Positions 18,648-28,389 of a DNA stretch of 64,000 bases are shown piece by piece. The position numbers and the translations under genes are program-made. The notes beneath the pieces are model-generated. The model saw only the letters and a list, made by a program, of their open reading frames with translations, was not told the origin of the DNA and did not search any database. The DNA lies in contig JBIJDH010000001.1 in the NCBI GenBank assembly GCA_044344255.1, forward strand, positions 480,001 to 544,000, in the 5' to 3' direction. Each line of letters starts with the position of its first letter. The first letter of the stretch is position 1. Source of the stretch: Myxococcota bacterium (GTDB lineage Bacteria > Myxococcota_A > UBA796 > UBA2385).

Positions 18648-19204
18648 GGTTCGCCCCGCTGGCCGGTCCGGGCCGCCAGCCAGCGCGGGTCGGGCGGCTG
18701 GAGGGGGTGATGGGAGGGGGCCCCGATCACCTGGGTGGGCCGCACCTCGAGGTTGAGCACCCCCGGCGTGCGCGAGGGGCGCCCGGGGGGACAGAGCAGC
18801 GGGTGGCGGAGCGAGACCAGGGGGCCCACCTGCTCGCGGGCGAGGCCCCAGACCATCGAGAGCCCTACGCCGGCGAGGCCGATCCCGCCTGCATCCTCGC
18901 TGAGCAGGACGAGCACGAGGTCGCCGCCCCCGCCGGGGCCGAGGGCCTCGGCCGGGATGGCCCCCACCCGCTCCCAGGCCCGGCGGAGCAGGCCGAAGCG
19001 GTCGAGCGCCTCTCCTTCAGCGGCGGAGCGCAGCGCCACCTCGACGCGCCGGGCCGCGCGGTAGGCGCCCTCGGGACCGGCGTCCACCGCCACCCGACCG
19101 GCGGCGGAGAGGCGGGCCCCTCCGCTCTCCACCGCGGCGCGAAAGTGCCCGAGGAAGGGCAGGCGCCCCTCCTCGCCGAGCAGCACGGCGCGCGGCGGGC
19201 TCAG
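18644..19204 (-). CDS. Hypothetical protein, possibly degenerate PP2C-like fold
   Basis: Fills the gap between thiolase and next gene; CTG at 19204 overlaps thiolase TGA (alternative GTG 19186); LAGVGLSMVW resembles PP2C AHVGDSRAY. Confidence 0.55.
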   Translation of the reverse strand: MSPPRAVLLGEEGRLPFLGHFRAAVESGGARLSAAGRVAVDAGPEGAYRAARRVEVALRSAAEGEALDRFGLLRRAWERVGAIPAEALGPGGGGDLVLVLLSEDAGGIGLAGVGLSMVWGLAREQVGPLVSLRHPLLCPPGRPSRTPGVLNLEVRPTQVIGAPSHHPLQPPDPRWLAARTGQRGEP

Positions 19205-20379
19205 ACGTACATCTCGCGGTCGATGATGGTGGTGGTGCCCTGACCAAAGCCGATGCACATCGTGGACAGGCCCAAACGACCGCCCGTCTGCTCGAGCACG
19301 CCGAGCAGGGTGGTGATCAAGCGACAGCCCGAGGCGCCGAGCGGGTGGCCGAGGGCGATCGCGCCGCCGTGGACATTGGTGCGGTCGAAGTCAAAGCCAA
19401 GGTGGCGCCCGCAGCCGAGCACCACCGAGGCGAAGGCCTCGTTGATCTCGACGGCGTCGATGTCCTTCATCTGCAGACCGGCCCGCTTGAGCGCCTTCTG
19501 CGTGGCGGGCACCGGGGCGGTGAGCATGATCGTGGGATCACAGCCCGCGGTGGCCATGCTGATCACCCGCGCCCGCGGCTTGAGCCCGTAGTCCTTCACC
19601 GCCTGGCGGCTGGCCAGGAGCACCGCCGAGGCGCCATCGGAGATCTGCGAGGAGGAGCCGGCGGTGATGAGGCCCCCGTCCTGGAAGGCCGGCTTGAGGC
19701 CCGCGAGCCGCTGGAGCGAGGTGTCGCGGCGGAAGCCCTCGTCTACCGAGAAGGTGCGGACGCCCTCCGCGGTGCGGAGCTCGACTGGCACGATCTCGGC
19801 GACGAAGCGCCCGGCGTCGGAGGCGGCGGCCGCCCGCTGGTGGCTCTGGAGGGACCAGGCGTCGAGCTCCTCGCGGCGGAGCTCGTAGCGGGCGGCGACC
19901 AGCTCGGCGGAGATGCCCTGCGGCACGACCGTGGTGCGCCAAGAGAGCTCGGGAGAGGGCATCACCAGCTCGCCCTCGTAGAACATGTCCGAGCCCATGC
20001 GCACGCGGCTCATGCTCTCTACGCCCGCGGCGATGACGATGTCCTGGAAGCCGCTGGCCACGCCCATCGCCGCGAAGTGGAGCGCTTGCTGGGAGGACCC
20101 GCACATCCGGTTGACGCTCACGCCGGTGGTGTCGATCGGCAGCCCCGCGATCAGGGCGGCGTTGCGGGCGATGTTGAGCCCCTGCTCGCCCACCTGGGTG
20201 ACACAGCCCATCACCACGTCTTCGATCAGGGCGGGGTCGATCCCCGTGCGGGCCACCAGCGCGCGGAGGGGGACCGCGGCGAGCTCGTCGGCCCGCATCC
20301 CGGCGAGGGAGCCCCCCTTCCGACCCATGGGGGTGCGCACGGCGTCGATGATGTAGGCCTCGTGGACGGTCTGCGACAT
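19201..20379 (-). CDS. Acetyl-CoA C-acyltransferase (thiolase)
   Basis: [39 protein letters not shown]. Confidence 0.96.
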   Translation of the reverse strand: MSQTVHEAYIIDAVRTPMGRKGGSLAGMRADELAAVPLRALVARTGIDPALIEDVVMGCVTQVGEQGLNIARNAALIAGLPIDTTGVSVNRMCGSSQQALHFAAMGVASGFQDIVIAAGVESMSRVRMGSDMFYEGELVMPSPELSWRTTVVPQGISAELVAARYELRREELDAWSLQSHQRAAAASDAGRFVAEIVPVELRTAEGVRTFSVDEGFRRDTSLQRLAGLKPAFQDGGLITAGSSSQISDGASAVLLASRQAVKDYGLKPRARVISMATAGCDPTIMLTAPVPATQKALKRAGLQMKDIDAVEINEAFASVVLGCGRHLGFDFDRTNVHGGAIALGHPLGASGCRLITTLLGVLEQTGGRLGLSTMCIGFGQGTTTIIDREMYV

Positions 20380-20431
20380 GGGATCTCTCGGGGGGCTCGG
20401 GGGATCAACCAGGGAGGAGGCGAAGGAGGCC

Positions 20432-21010
20432 CTACAGGGCCTCGAAGGCCCCACAGGTGAGCATCTGAGCCCCGTAGTAGGGGTTGGCGATGGTGGGGGT
20501 GCCGGCGTCCTGGATCCAGCGGCCGGGCTTCATCGGGCAGTAGGCCACCGCGAAGGAGGCGCCGGGGGCCGCCCCCGCTGGAGCGGCTCCCGCAGGCGCG
20601 GCCCCTGCGCGGGCGAGCTCCCGCATCGGCTCGAAGAGGCCCAGGAAGGCGCCGCGGTCGGTGGCGAGGGTGCCGGTCCACGCGCCGCGCGCGGCCTGCA
20701 CCGCGGTCACCGCCGTGGCCTGCTGTGGAGACGCCGTGGCGACCCCGATCGCCGCCTCGAGCGCGGTCATCGCCGCGGTAGCGCCCGCGGCGTCATCCTT
20801 GGCCAGCGCGGCGCCGAGGTTGGCGTAGGCCTGGACGGCGGCGGCCAAGGAAGGATCCGCGCAGCAGGAGAACCGGACCCCCTCGAAGCCGCCAGCGGCC
20901 GGCCGCGGCTGCTCCCCGGTGACGACGGGCACGACCGGCCGGGCGGGCGCCGCCTCCTCACCCCCGCAGCCGAGGCCGCCGAGGACGAGCAGCCCGAGGA
21001 GGGGCGCCAT
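20432..21010 (-). CDS. DUF3347-like lipoprotein (putative metal binding)
   Basis: Lipobox LGC; C-terminal YCPM...W...NPYYGAQMLTCG motif; start uncertain (21010 or 21061). Confidence 0.75.
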   Translation of the reverse strand: MAPLLGLLVLGGLGCGGEEAAPARPVVPVVTGEQPRPAAGGFEGVRFSCCADPSLAAAVQAYANLGAALAKDDAAGATAAMTALEAAIGVATASPQQATAVTAVQAARGAWTGTLATDRGAFLGLFEPMRELARAGAAPAGAAPAGAAPGASFAVAYCPMKPGRWIQDAGTPTIANPYYGAQMLTCGAFEAL

Positions 21011-21171
21011 GCGGGCGAGGTTCGAGAGGGCGGACGTTCGGGCGAGCGACGAGCAGACCATGGTGGCCTCCAGCGGGCGCCGTATCTGTCGGTCCGCCGC
21101 CGGGCCAGCCCTTGCGAGCCGCATGGCGGCGCACTAAGACCGCGCCACGGACCCGCCGGAGGCGTAGAACC

Positions 21172-21519
21172 ATGGCCCACCCCACCCACGAATCAGCTCA
21201 CGACAGCGGCTCGCATGGCAGCGGCTCGCACGATAGCGGCAAGAAGAGCTACACGCCCGGCATGGTGCGCAACGCCGTCATCTGGGTGACCGGCGGCCTC
21301 TGCGCGGCCACCGGGATGGTCACCGCGGTGGCCGGCGGCGGCTTCGGCATGAAGGGCGGCGGGGACACCGCGGTCATCTTCAAGACCCTCGGCTACGACG
21401 GCCTCGACAACTTCGCGGTGGGCACCCCGGGCTTGATCGCGATCGGCCTGCTGCTCACCGGCGTCGCCCTCCTCGCGACCGCCAGCGCCGGCGCCTGGAA
21501 GGAGACCGGCGGTTACTGA
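21172..21519 (+). CDS. Small membrane protein with His/Ser-rich N-terminus
   Basis: GGAGG SD upstream; HDSGSHGSGSHDSG followed by two hydrophobic segments. Confidence 0.7.
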   Translation: MAHPTHESAHDSGSHGSGSHDSGKKSYTPGMVRNAVIWVTGGLCAATGMVTAVAGGGFGMKGGGDTAVIFKTLGYDGLDNFAVGTPGLIAIGLLLTGVALLATASAGAWKETGGY

Positions 21520-21523
21520 GCCC

Positions 21524-23227
21524 GTGAACGCGGAGCCGGAGCCGACTGTGTCCTCGCCGACTGTGTCCCCTTCGCCCGATTCCCCGGCCCCCGTCGGCGC
21601 CTCGGTCGCCTTCCCGCGGCTCCTGCTCGGCCAGCTCAGCCCGGTCCTCGGAGACCTCGAGGGCAACCTGGCGCAGGCCAGGCACGCGCTCCAGCAGGCG
21701 CGGCTCCGACGGCGGCCCTGGGTCCTGTTGCCCGAGCTCTCGGTCACCGGCTACCCGCCGAAAGACCTCCTCCTCGTGCCCGCCTTTGTCGAGGCCGCCG
21801 AGGCCGCCGCCGTGGCGCTGGCCGCCGAGGTCGAGGTGGGAGAGGTCCTGGTCTTCGGAGCCCCCTGGCGCGCCGCCGGCGGGCTCTGGAACGCCGCGAT
21901 CGTGGCCACCGGCGGCACGATCGTGGCGGTGGTGCCGAAGGTCCGGCTGCCCACCTACGACGTCTTTGACGAAGCGCGCTGGTTCATGCCCGGCGCCGCC
22001 GCCCAGGTGGTCGAGCTGCAGGGCCTGCGCGTGGGCATCACCATCTGCGAAGACATCTGGTTCGAGCCCGGCCAGGGGGTGGGCCCCGATCCCATCGCCG
22101 AGCTGCGTGGCCGCTGTGATCTCGTGCTCAACCTGTCGGCCAGCCCCTTCCACGCCGGCAAGGGGGCCGAGCGCCTCGCGCTGCTGGGCCGCCAGGCCCG
22201 CCGCCTCGGCGCCCCGATCGTCTACTGCAACCAGGTGGGCGGCCACGACGAGCTGCTCTTCGATGGAGACAGCCTCGCCGTCAACGCCGCAGGCGCGCTC
22301 GTCGCCCGGGGGCCGAGCTGCGGCGAGGCCCACATCGCCGTCGATCTCGCCGACGCGCCGGTCGAAGACGAGGAGAGCGAGCTCGAGGAGCAGTGGTACC
22401 GCGCGCTGCTGATGGGCATCCGCGACTACGCGCGCCGCACCGGCTTCGACCGCGCCCTGATCGGTCTCAGCGGCGGCATCGACTCCGCCCTCGTCGCCAC
22501 CCTCGCCGCCGACGCCCTCGGGGCCGACAAGGTTCTGGGCATCGGCATGCCCGGGCCCTACTCTTCAGAGGGCTCGGTCACCGACGCCCGCGACCTCGCC
22601 GCCCGCCTCGGCATCCGCTTCGAGCTGCTGCCCATCGGCGCCGTCCAGGACGCGCTCACCGAGACGCTGAAGCCCCTCTTCGGCCACCGGAGGCCCGATC
22701 TGACCGAAGAGAACACGCAGGCCCGCGCCCGCGGCACCCTGCTGATGGCGGTCTCGAACAAGCTCGGCCACCTCTTGCTCACCACGGGCAACAAGAGCGA
22801 GACCGCGGTCGGCTACTGCACGCTCTACGGTGACATGAACGGCGGCCTCGCCGTGATCTCCGACCTCTACAAGACCGAGATCTGGCGCCTCTCGCGGTGG
22901 ATCAACCGCATCGAGGAGCGCATCCCCTGGGCGAGCATCGAGAAGGCCCCCTCGGCCGAGCTCCGCCCCGACCAGACCGACCAGGACAGCCTCCCGCCCT
23001 ACGAGGTGCTCGACCCCATCCTCCACGCCCACGTCGAGCGCGGGCTGTCGGCGGTGGAGATCGCCAAGGCGGGCATCGGCCCCGCCGACCTCGCCCTGCG
23101 GGTGGTCCGGATGGTGGCCCGCGCCGAGTACAAGCGCTGGCAGGCGGCCCCCGGGCTGCGGCTCAGCCCCAAGGCCTTCGGGACCGGCCGGCGCATGCCG
23201 CTCACCGCCCGCTGGCCGGCTTCATGA
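21524..23227 (+). CDS. nadE: Glutamine-dependent NAD+ synthetase
   Basis: Nitrilase domain (LPEL, K, ICEDIW) plus SGGIDS, ENTQARARG, TGNKSE, GYCTLYGD, PSAEL. Confidence 0.96.
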   Translation: MNAEPEPTVSSPTVSPSPDSPAPVGASVAFPRLLLGQLSPVLGDLEGNLAQARHALQQARLRRRPWVLLPELSVTGYPPKDLLLVPAFVEAAEAAAVALAAEVEVGEVLVFGAPWRAAGGLWNAAIVATGGTIVAVVPKVRLPTYDVFDEARWFMPGAAAQVVELQGLRVGITICEDIWFEPGQGVGPDPIAELRGRCDLVLNLSASPFHAGKGAERLALLGRQARRLGAPIVYCNQVGGHDELLFDGDSLAVNAAGALVARGPSCGEAHIAVDLADAPVEDEESELEEQWYRALLMGIRDYARRTGFDRALIGLSGGIDSALVATLAADALGADKVLGIGMPGPYSSEGSVTDARDLAARLGIRFELLPIGAVQDALTETLKPLFGHRRPDLTEENTQARARGTLLMAVSNKLGHLLLTTGNKSETAVGYCTLYGDMNGGLAVISDLYKTEIWRLSRWINRIEERIPWASIEKAPSAELRPDQTDQDSLPPYEVLDPILHAHVERGLSAVEIAKAGIGPADLALRVVRMVARAEYKRWQAAPGLRLSPKAFGTGRRMPLTARWPAS

Positions 23228-24240
23228 GCGCCGAGCCCCACCGGCGCCGCATCGCCCCCCGCCTCGACCCCGACGCCCTCTCCGCCGACCTCCTGGAGTT
23301 CCTCAAGCTCCTCGACGGCGCGCTGCAAGACCTCGCCGGGGGAGAGGGCGCGCCCCCGGGCTTTGATCCTCGGCTCTTCCTCGCGCCGGGCCTGCCGCGG
23401 GTGCGCCCCCTGCTCGTCCTCCTGAGCGCGCGCGCCGCGGGGGACGGCGCCAGCGACGGCGCCGAGCTGCGGGACCCCTCCACCCAGCACGTCGCGGCCG
23501 CCGCTGAGCTCCTGCACATCGCGATCGCGCTCCACGACGCGGCGCTCGGGCGCCAGGGCGGGCGGAGGCGGCGCGCAGCCCGGCGCCTGATCGGCGGGGC
23601 GGTGGGCATGCTCGCCGGCCACCACCTCACGCTGCGGGCGCTCGAGCTCGCCCGACACACCCACGCCCCCGAGATCGTGGGCGACCTCCTCGAGACCATG
23701 CGCGAGGTGGCCGAGGGCCACGCCCTCTCCGAGCGCCTCCGCCAGCGCTTCGCCACCTCCGAGGAGGCCCTGGCCTTGGCCGAGGGCCACTCCGGCGCCG
23801 TCTTCTCCTTCGCCTGTCGCGCCGGCGGCCGCCTCGCTCACGCCGATCGCAGCGTCGTCTCCGCCCTCGGCCGATACGGGCGTCACACGGGGATCGCCTG
23901 GTACATCGCCGAGGAGCTGGCCTGGATTGACCTCTCCGCCGGTGAAGACCCCACCCCCTTCGAGGACCGCGCCGCTGAGGGGCGGCCGAGCTTCACGATC
24001 AGCGTCGCCGCCGAGCGGGACCCCGGCCTCGCCGCCGCCTGGACCGCCTTTGGCCGCCGCCGCCCCAAGCCCGACGAGGCGCTGTCGCTCGCCGAGCGCA
24101 TCCGGGCCGCCGGGGGCTTCCGGGTCGGTCGGGCCCGCCTCGCCCGCGAGAGCTGGGCCGCCCAGCAGGCCCTCATCGGCCTCGAGCCCTCCCCTCACCG
24201 GCAGGCGCTGGGCGAGCTGGCCGCGGCCCTCGCCCGTTGA
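23224..24240 (+). CDS. Polyprenyl synthetase (trans-prenyltransferase) fold protein lacking DDxxD motifs
   Basis: RVRPLLVLL, AAELLHIA..LHD, LGRYGRHTGIAW, AEGRPSF match the fold; ATGA overlap with nadE. Confidence 0.8.
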   Translation: MSAEPHRRRIAPRLDPDALSADLLEFLKLLDGALQDLAGGEGAPPGFDPRLFLAPGLPRVRPLLVLLSARAAGDGASDGAELRDPSTQHVAAAAELLHIAIALHDAALGRQGGRRRRAARRLIGGAVGMLAGHHLTLRALELARHTHAPEIVGDLLETMREVAEGHALSERLRQRFATSEEALALAEGHSGAVFSFACRAGGRLAHADRSVVSALGRYGRHTGIAWYIAEELAWIDLSAGEDPTPFEDRAAEGRPSFTISVAAERDPGLAAAWTAFGRRRPKPDEALSLAERIRAAGGFRVGRARLARESWAAQQALIGLEPSPHRQALGELAAALAR

Positions 24241-24258
24241 CGGCAGGAGGGGAGCCGC

Positions 24259-25746
24259 TCAGGGGCAGGAGTAGCCGCCCTCCGCGTAGCTGGAGACCGA
24301 GAAGGAGGCGACGTAGGCGATGAACCGGTACCAGTCGCCCGGGCCGCCGAGGGTGTCCGCCGCGCCCACCACCCGCAGGTAGTAGGTGCCCGGCCCCACC
24401 GCCACGTTCTCGAGGCTGGCGTTGGGGACGGCGTCCCCGTCGCCCACGACCGAAGAGAGGAGGGCGCCGCCCTCGTCGTAGAGCTCGAGGGAGGGCGTCG
24501 AGAGCGCCCCCCAGAGGCCCGAGTTGAGGCACACCACGACGTAGCCTTCGTCGTAGCTGTTCTCGAGGGCGTACCAGTCTTCGTCGGCGGTGGCGTCGAG
24601 CTCGGCGCGCCCGAGCCCCTGGGTGAAGAGCTTGCCCGAGCCGTTCTCGAACTCCGTGAGCGTGATCGGGTTGGCCTGGAGCGCGGTGTCATCGGGCTCG
24701 AGGCCGACATCGAAGGACGTGGTCTCGAAGCGAGCGATGAGGTGGAGGAAGGCCCAGTGATCGGGCCCGCCGCCGCCCGAGACGTCGCTCACCTCGACGA
24801 GGTACTCCCCCGCCGCGGCGCCCGGGTAGAGCGCGAGGCCGGCGGGGCCGACGTCACCCTTGTCGCTCACCACCTCGCCCGAGGGGTCCACAAGGGTGAA
24901 GCGGGGCCGCATGTCGCTGCCGTCGATCACCTCGTTGCCGTCGAGCTCGAGGTTGACGGTGTCGAGGGTGCTGTCGATCACGATGTAGTCGACGTCGCCG
25001 GGCTCCTCGAGCAGCACGCCGATCGAGGTCCAGAGGCGCTCGGCGTCGAGGCTCACGATGAGGCTCGGCTCGTCGGGGCTGTCGGTCTCGCTCGTGAAGG
25101 CGTCCCACTCTACGAGCTCGACGGTGTAGGCGTAGTCGGGGCTGCCCGCCTGGGTGTCGAGGCCGTAGTAGGTGCCGATGTCCTCCACGCTCAGGGTGTA
25201 GGTGCCGGGCTCGGAGAGGTAGGCGAAGAGGATGGAGTCGGCGCCCGAGATGGTGCTGCCGGTGGGGAAGCCGTCGGAGGCCGTCACCACCTTGCCGTTC
25301 TCCTTGCGGAGCACGACCACGGTGTCGAAGCCCTCGGCGTCCTCTGCCTCGTAGGCCGTCTTCACGCGGATGAACTCTCCGCCTTCGGCGACGATGGCGT
25401 AGTAGTCGACATCTCCAGCGGGGTTGATGAAGCCGGTGGTGCTGGAGTCCCACAGCAGGCCCTCCGCCTCCTCAACGGCGTTGTTGCGGTCGCCGTCCTG
25501 GCAGGCGCCCTCCTCGCAGATCGCGTAGTCGGCGCAGGCGTCGTCTGACGAACAGCCGTCGCCGCCGTCGCCGCCATCGCCGCCATCGCCGCCATCGCCG
25601 CCGTCGCCGGAGCCGTCCCCACCGCCCGCGGACGAGCCAGTGGACTTGTCGGCCCCGCAGGCCGTGGCGAAGGACAGGGCGATGGAGAGGAGGAGCACCG
25701 CGAGGTACGAAGACGATTTCAGCCGGCCGTGGAACATCTTCACCAT
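24259..25746 (-). CDS. Large acidic lipoprotein with repeated PPC (pre-peptidase C-terminal)-like domains
   Basis: Lipobox ATAC; GGD linker; Cys-rich CSSDDAC..C...C; three (G)DVDY/DEDWY...GTY modules. Confidence 0.78.
   Translation of the reverse strand: MVKMFHGRLKSSSYLAVLLLSIALSFATACGADKSTGSSAGGGDGSGDGGDGGDGGDGGDGGDGCSSDDACADYAICEEGACQDGDRNNAVEEAEGLLWDSSTTGFINPAGDVDYYAIVAEGGEFIRVKTAYEAEDAEGFDTVVVLRKENGKVVTASDGFPTGSTISGADSILFAYLSEPGTYTLSVEDIGTYYGLDTQAGSPDYAYTVELVEWDAFTSETDSPDEPSLIVSLDAERLWTSIGVLLEEPGDVDYIVIDSTLDTVNLELDGNEVIDGSDMRPRFTLVDPSGEVVSDKGDVGPAGLALYPGAAAGEYLVEVSDVSGGGGPDHWAFLHLIARFETTSFDVGLEPDDTALQANPITLTEFENGSGKLFTQGLGRAELDATADEDWYALENSYDEGYVVVCLNSGLWGALSTPSLELYDEGGALLSSVVGDGDAVPNASLENVAVGPGTYYLRVVGAADTLGGPGDWYRFIAYVASFSVSSYAEGGYSCP
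25555..25608. repeat. 9-bp tandem repeats encoding a (GGD)n linker
   Basis: GCCRTCGCC units read directly. Confidence 0.8.
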
Positions 25747-25845
25747 CCTGTTGACGAACGATGACTTGAAGAGACTACACCTGTGTGCATCATGGGGCAT
25801 CCAGCGCCCGAGCGCGCTCGCCGCGCCCGCTCCGCTGCGATCTCT

Positions 25846-25887
25846 CCTCTTCGCCGAGATCCCTCTTCGCCGAGATCCCTCTTCGCC
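25846..25887. repeat. 16-bp direct repeat x2.6 (CCTCTTCGCCGAGATC) in a divergent intergenic region
   Basis: Read directly from sequence. Confidence 0.9.
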
Positions 25888-25969
25888 TTCGGGGCCGCCC
25901 ACCGCTTCGCGCGGGGGCCTCGGAAGAGCGCGGGGGAAGAACTCAAGTCCACAGGGGGTTCCCCTCCGC

Positions 25970-26034
25970 TTGACACCCTTGTAACCAACCCGTCACAGTC
26001 CGTCATTGACACCCGCCCGCCCTTGCGGTGAAAT
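25970..26034 (+). promoter_or_regulatory. Tandem sigma-70-like promoters upstream of the sigma factor gene
   Basis: TTGACA at 25970 and 26006; the second is followed after 17 nt by TGAAAT. Confidence 0.5.
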
Positions 26035-26182
26035 GCCCAACCTCTCCATATGCCGAGCCCGCTGCCCGGGTCCCCGACGGGTCGGGGGTGGCGGCGGGGC
26101 GGTCGGAGACACAGCGGCACCGCGATCCGAACGTCCCAGTAGAACCCCCCGGCCGGCTCAGCCTGGAAGGTGGAGCGTCTGA

Positions 26183-27355
26183 ATGTGGCCCGATCCCCTC
26201 AAGACCCAAGACATGTCCCCCGAAGCGATCCTCGCTGAGGTCCCGCGTTTCCTCTCCCTGGCCCAGCTCCGGAGCTTCCAGGGCGGTGAAGGGGGCGCCT
26301 CCGAGCGCCTCACCGCCGAGGAAGAGAAGGCGATGGCCCGGCAGATCCGCAAGGCGGAGCAGATCGCCCGTGAGGCGGTGGCCGGCATCAACGAGGCCGA
26401 CAACATCCTCATGCGCCGCCCCGATCGTGCCGAGCGCACCCGCGCCGGCGCCGTCGACCGCCTGGAAGAGGCCGTCAAGGCCGTCGCCAAGGCCGCCCGG
26501 AAGGACAACGACCTGCGCGGCTACGCCAAGCAGGCCGCCACCGCCTGGGCCGAAGCCGAGAACCTCCGCTGGCGCCTCGCGATGTCGGGCCGTCGCATCG
26601 CCCACGGGGAGGCCCGCAAGCTGGCTGGCCCCTTCATGGACGAGGAGGATCTCGTCCAGGAGGGCTACATCGGCCTCCTGCGCGCCGCCAAGCGCTTTGA
26701 CCCCGATCGTGGCATCCGCTTCTCCACCTACGCCCGCTGGTGGGTGCGCGCCCAGATGACGCGCGCCATCGACCACACGGGCCGCCCGGTGCGCCTGCCC
26801 GGCTGTGCGGTCGAGCAGACCCGCAACCTCCGCAAGGCGATGAAGCGCTTCGAGTCCGTGGGCATCGAGTACTCCACGCACGACCTCGCCGAGGAGGTGG
26901 GGATCGACAAGGAGCGGGCCGAGCTCTTGCTCAGCCAGGGCAACACCATCTCGCTCGAGCAGCCGGTGGACGACGGGCCGCGCCCACGCCCCCTAGACCG
27001 CTTCCTGTCGGATGAGGACGCCCCGCAGCCGGATCTCGAGGCGATCTCCACCCAGGAGCTCAACCGGATGGACGACGCCTTCCACGGCCTGTTGAGCGAG
27101 CGCCAGCGCTTCGTGCTCACCCGCCGCTACGGCCTCGACGACGGTGAGTTCCGCACCCTCTCCGAGGTCGGCAAGGAGATGGGGCTCTCCCGCGAGCGGG
27201 TCCGCCAGATCGAGCGCGAGGCCCTCACCCGCCTCCGCGACCAGAGCGGCATCCGGGGCCCGATCCAGCTCAAGACGCGGGAGGCAGCCACCCCGCCCCT
27301 GACGCCACCCCTGACGTCGCCCCCGGCGCCCCAGCTCGGCGCCGCCGCCCGCTGA
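26183..27355 (+). CDS. RNA polymerase sigma-70 family factor (RpoD/RpoS-like, no region 1.1)
   Basis: DLVQEGYIGLLRAAKRFDPDRGIRFSTYARWW (region 2), RTLSEVG...SRERVRQIE (region 4.2). Confidence 0.95.
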   Translation: MWPDPLKTQDMSPEAILAEVPRFLSLAQLRSFQGGEGGASERLTAEEEKAMARQIRKAEQIAREAVAGINEADNILMRRPDRAERTRAGAVDRLEEAVKAVAKAARKDNDLRGYAKQAATAWAEAENLRWRLAMSGRRIAHGEARKLAGPFMDEEDLVQEGYIGLLRAAKRFDPDRGIRFSTYARWWVRAQMTRAIDHTGRPVRLPGCAVEQTRNLRKAMKRFESVGIEYSTHDLAEEVGIDKERAELLLSQGNTISLEQPVDDGPRPRPLDRFLSDEDAPQPDLEAISTQELNRMDDAFHGLLSERQRFVLTRRYGLDDGEFRTLSEVGKEMGLSRERVRQIEREALTRLRDQSGIRGPIQLKTREAATPPLTPPLTSPPAPQLGAAAR

Positions 27356-27384
27356 GGCGTCGGCTCAGGTTGGCTCCGGCCGGC

Positions 27385-28389
27385 TCAGCCGCGTGAAGCG
27401 GCGATGACCCGGAGGAAGTTCTCGCCGTAACAAGCGAGGATCTCCTCCGGTCTCCATTTGAGGCGCAGCAAGGCCTCGGTGAGCCGGGGCATCTTCTCGG
27501 CGCTGTCGAGGTCGGAGGGGTAGAGCGACCAGCCCTCCCAGTCCGTGCCGATGGCGCAGTGCTCGACGCCGACCTTGTCCTTGATGTGGTGGAGGTGCGC
27601 CGCCACCGCGTCGACGCCGCCCGGCCCGATGAAGGGGGTGACGAAGATGACCCCCACCACGCCGCCGGTGCGGGCCACGGCGCGGAGCTGGTCGTCGTCG
27701 AGGCCCCGTGGGCTCGAATAGACCGCGTTCGCCGAGGTGTGGGAGCAGATCAGGGGCTTGTCGGTGGCGGCGCAGGTCTCGAGGAGGCCGGCGCGGTTGA
27801 CGTGGGCCACGTCAATGAGGATGGCGCGGTGGTTGAGCTCGGCGACGAGATCGCGGCCGAAGGGGCTGAGGCCGACCGTGTGGTCCTGGCCCCAGCCCAC
27901 CATCGGCCGGCAGGCCTCGTTCTTCGAGAAGTGCACGAGGCCCACATAGGCGAGGCCGCGGGCCTGAAAGGCCGGGAGCTCATCGAGCCGCCCGTACAGC
28001 CCGTGCGCCCCCTCGAGGCCGGCGAAGACGGCGATCTTGCCCGCCGCGCGGGCGGCCCGGATCTCCGCCGCGGTGGTGGCGAGGGCCAAGGTGTCCGGAG
28101 AGTCGGCGAGCAGGCCGTGCAGGCGATCGAGGTCGCTCGAGATGGCGCTCGGGCCCGAGGCCCGGCGGAGGGGGTTCGTCACGATGCCGAGCGCGAGACA
28201 TCCGAAATTGCCCTCTTTCAGCCTCGGGATGTCGCAGTGCCCCATCAAGGCCGCGCCCGGCAGGGGGTTGCCGCGGTGTCGCTTGTTCAGGTCCCAGCCT
28301 AGGAAGTAGCGGGTGAGCAGCACGTCGCAGTGCAGATCGACGAGGAGCGAGGCGTCGTGGATCTCGCGCGCCTCTCGGGACAGGATCAT
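27385..28389 (-). CDS. Membrane dipeptidase (peptidase M19)
   Basis: DLHCD, GLEG, IDVAH, SHT, IGTDWEG, GENFLRV. Confidence 0.92.
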   Translation of the reverse strand: MILSREAREIHDASLLVDLHCDVLLTRYFLGWDLNKRHRGNPLPGAALMGHCDIPRLKEGNFGCLALGIVTNPLRRASGPSAISSDLDRLHGLLADSPDTLALATTAAEIRAARAAGKIAVFAGLEGAHGLYGRLDELPAFQARGLAYVGLVHFSKNEACRPMVGWGQDHTVGLSPFGRDLVAELNHRAILIDVAHVNRAGLLETCAATDKPLICSHTSANAVYSSPRGLDDDQLRAVARTGGVVGVIFVTPFIGPGGVDAVAAHLHHIKDKVGVEHCAIGTDWEGWSLYPSDLDSAEKMPRLTEALLRLKWRPEEILACYGENFLRVIAASRG

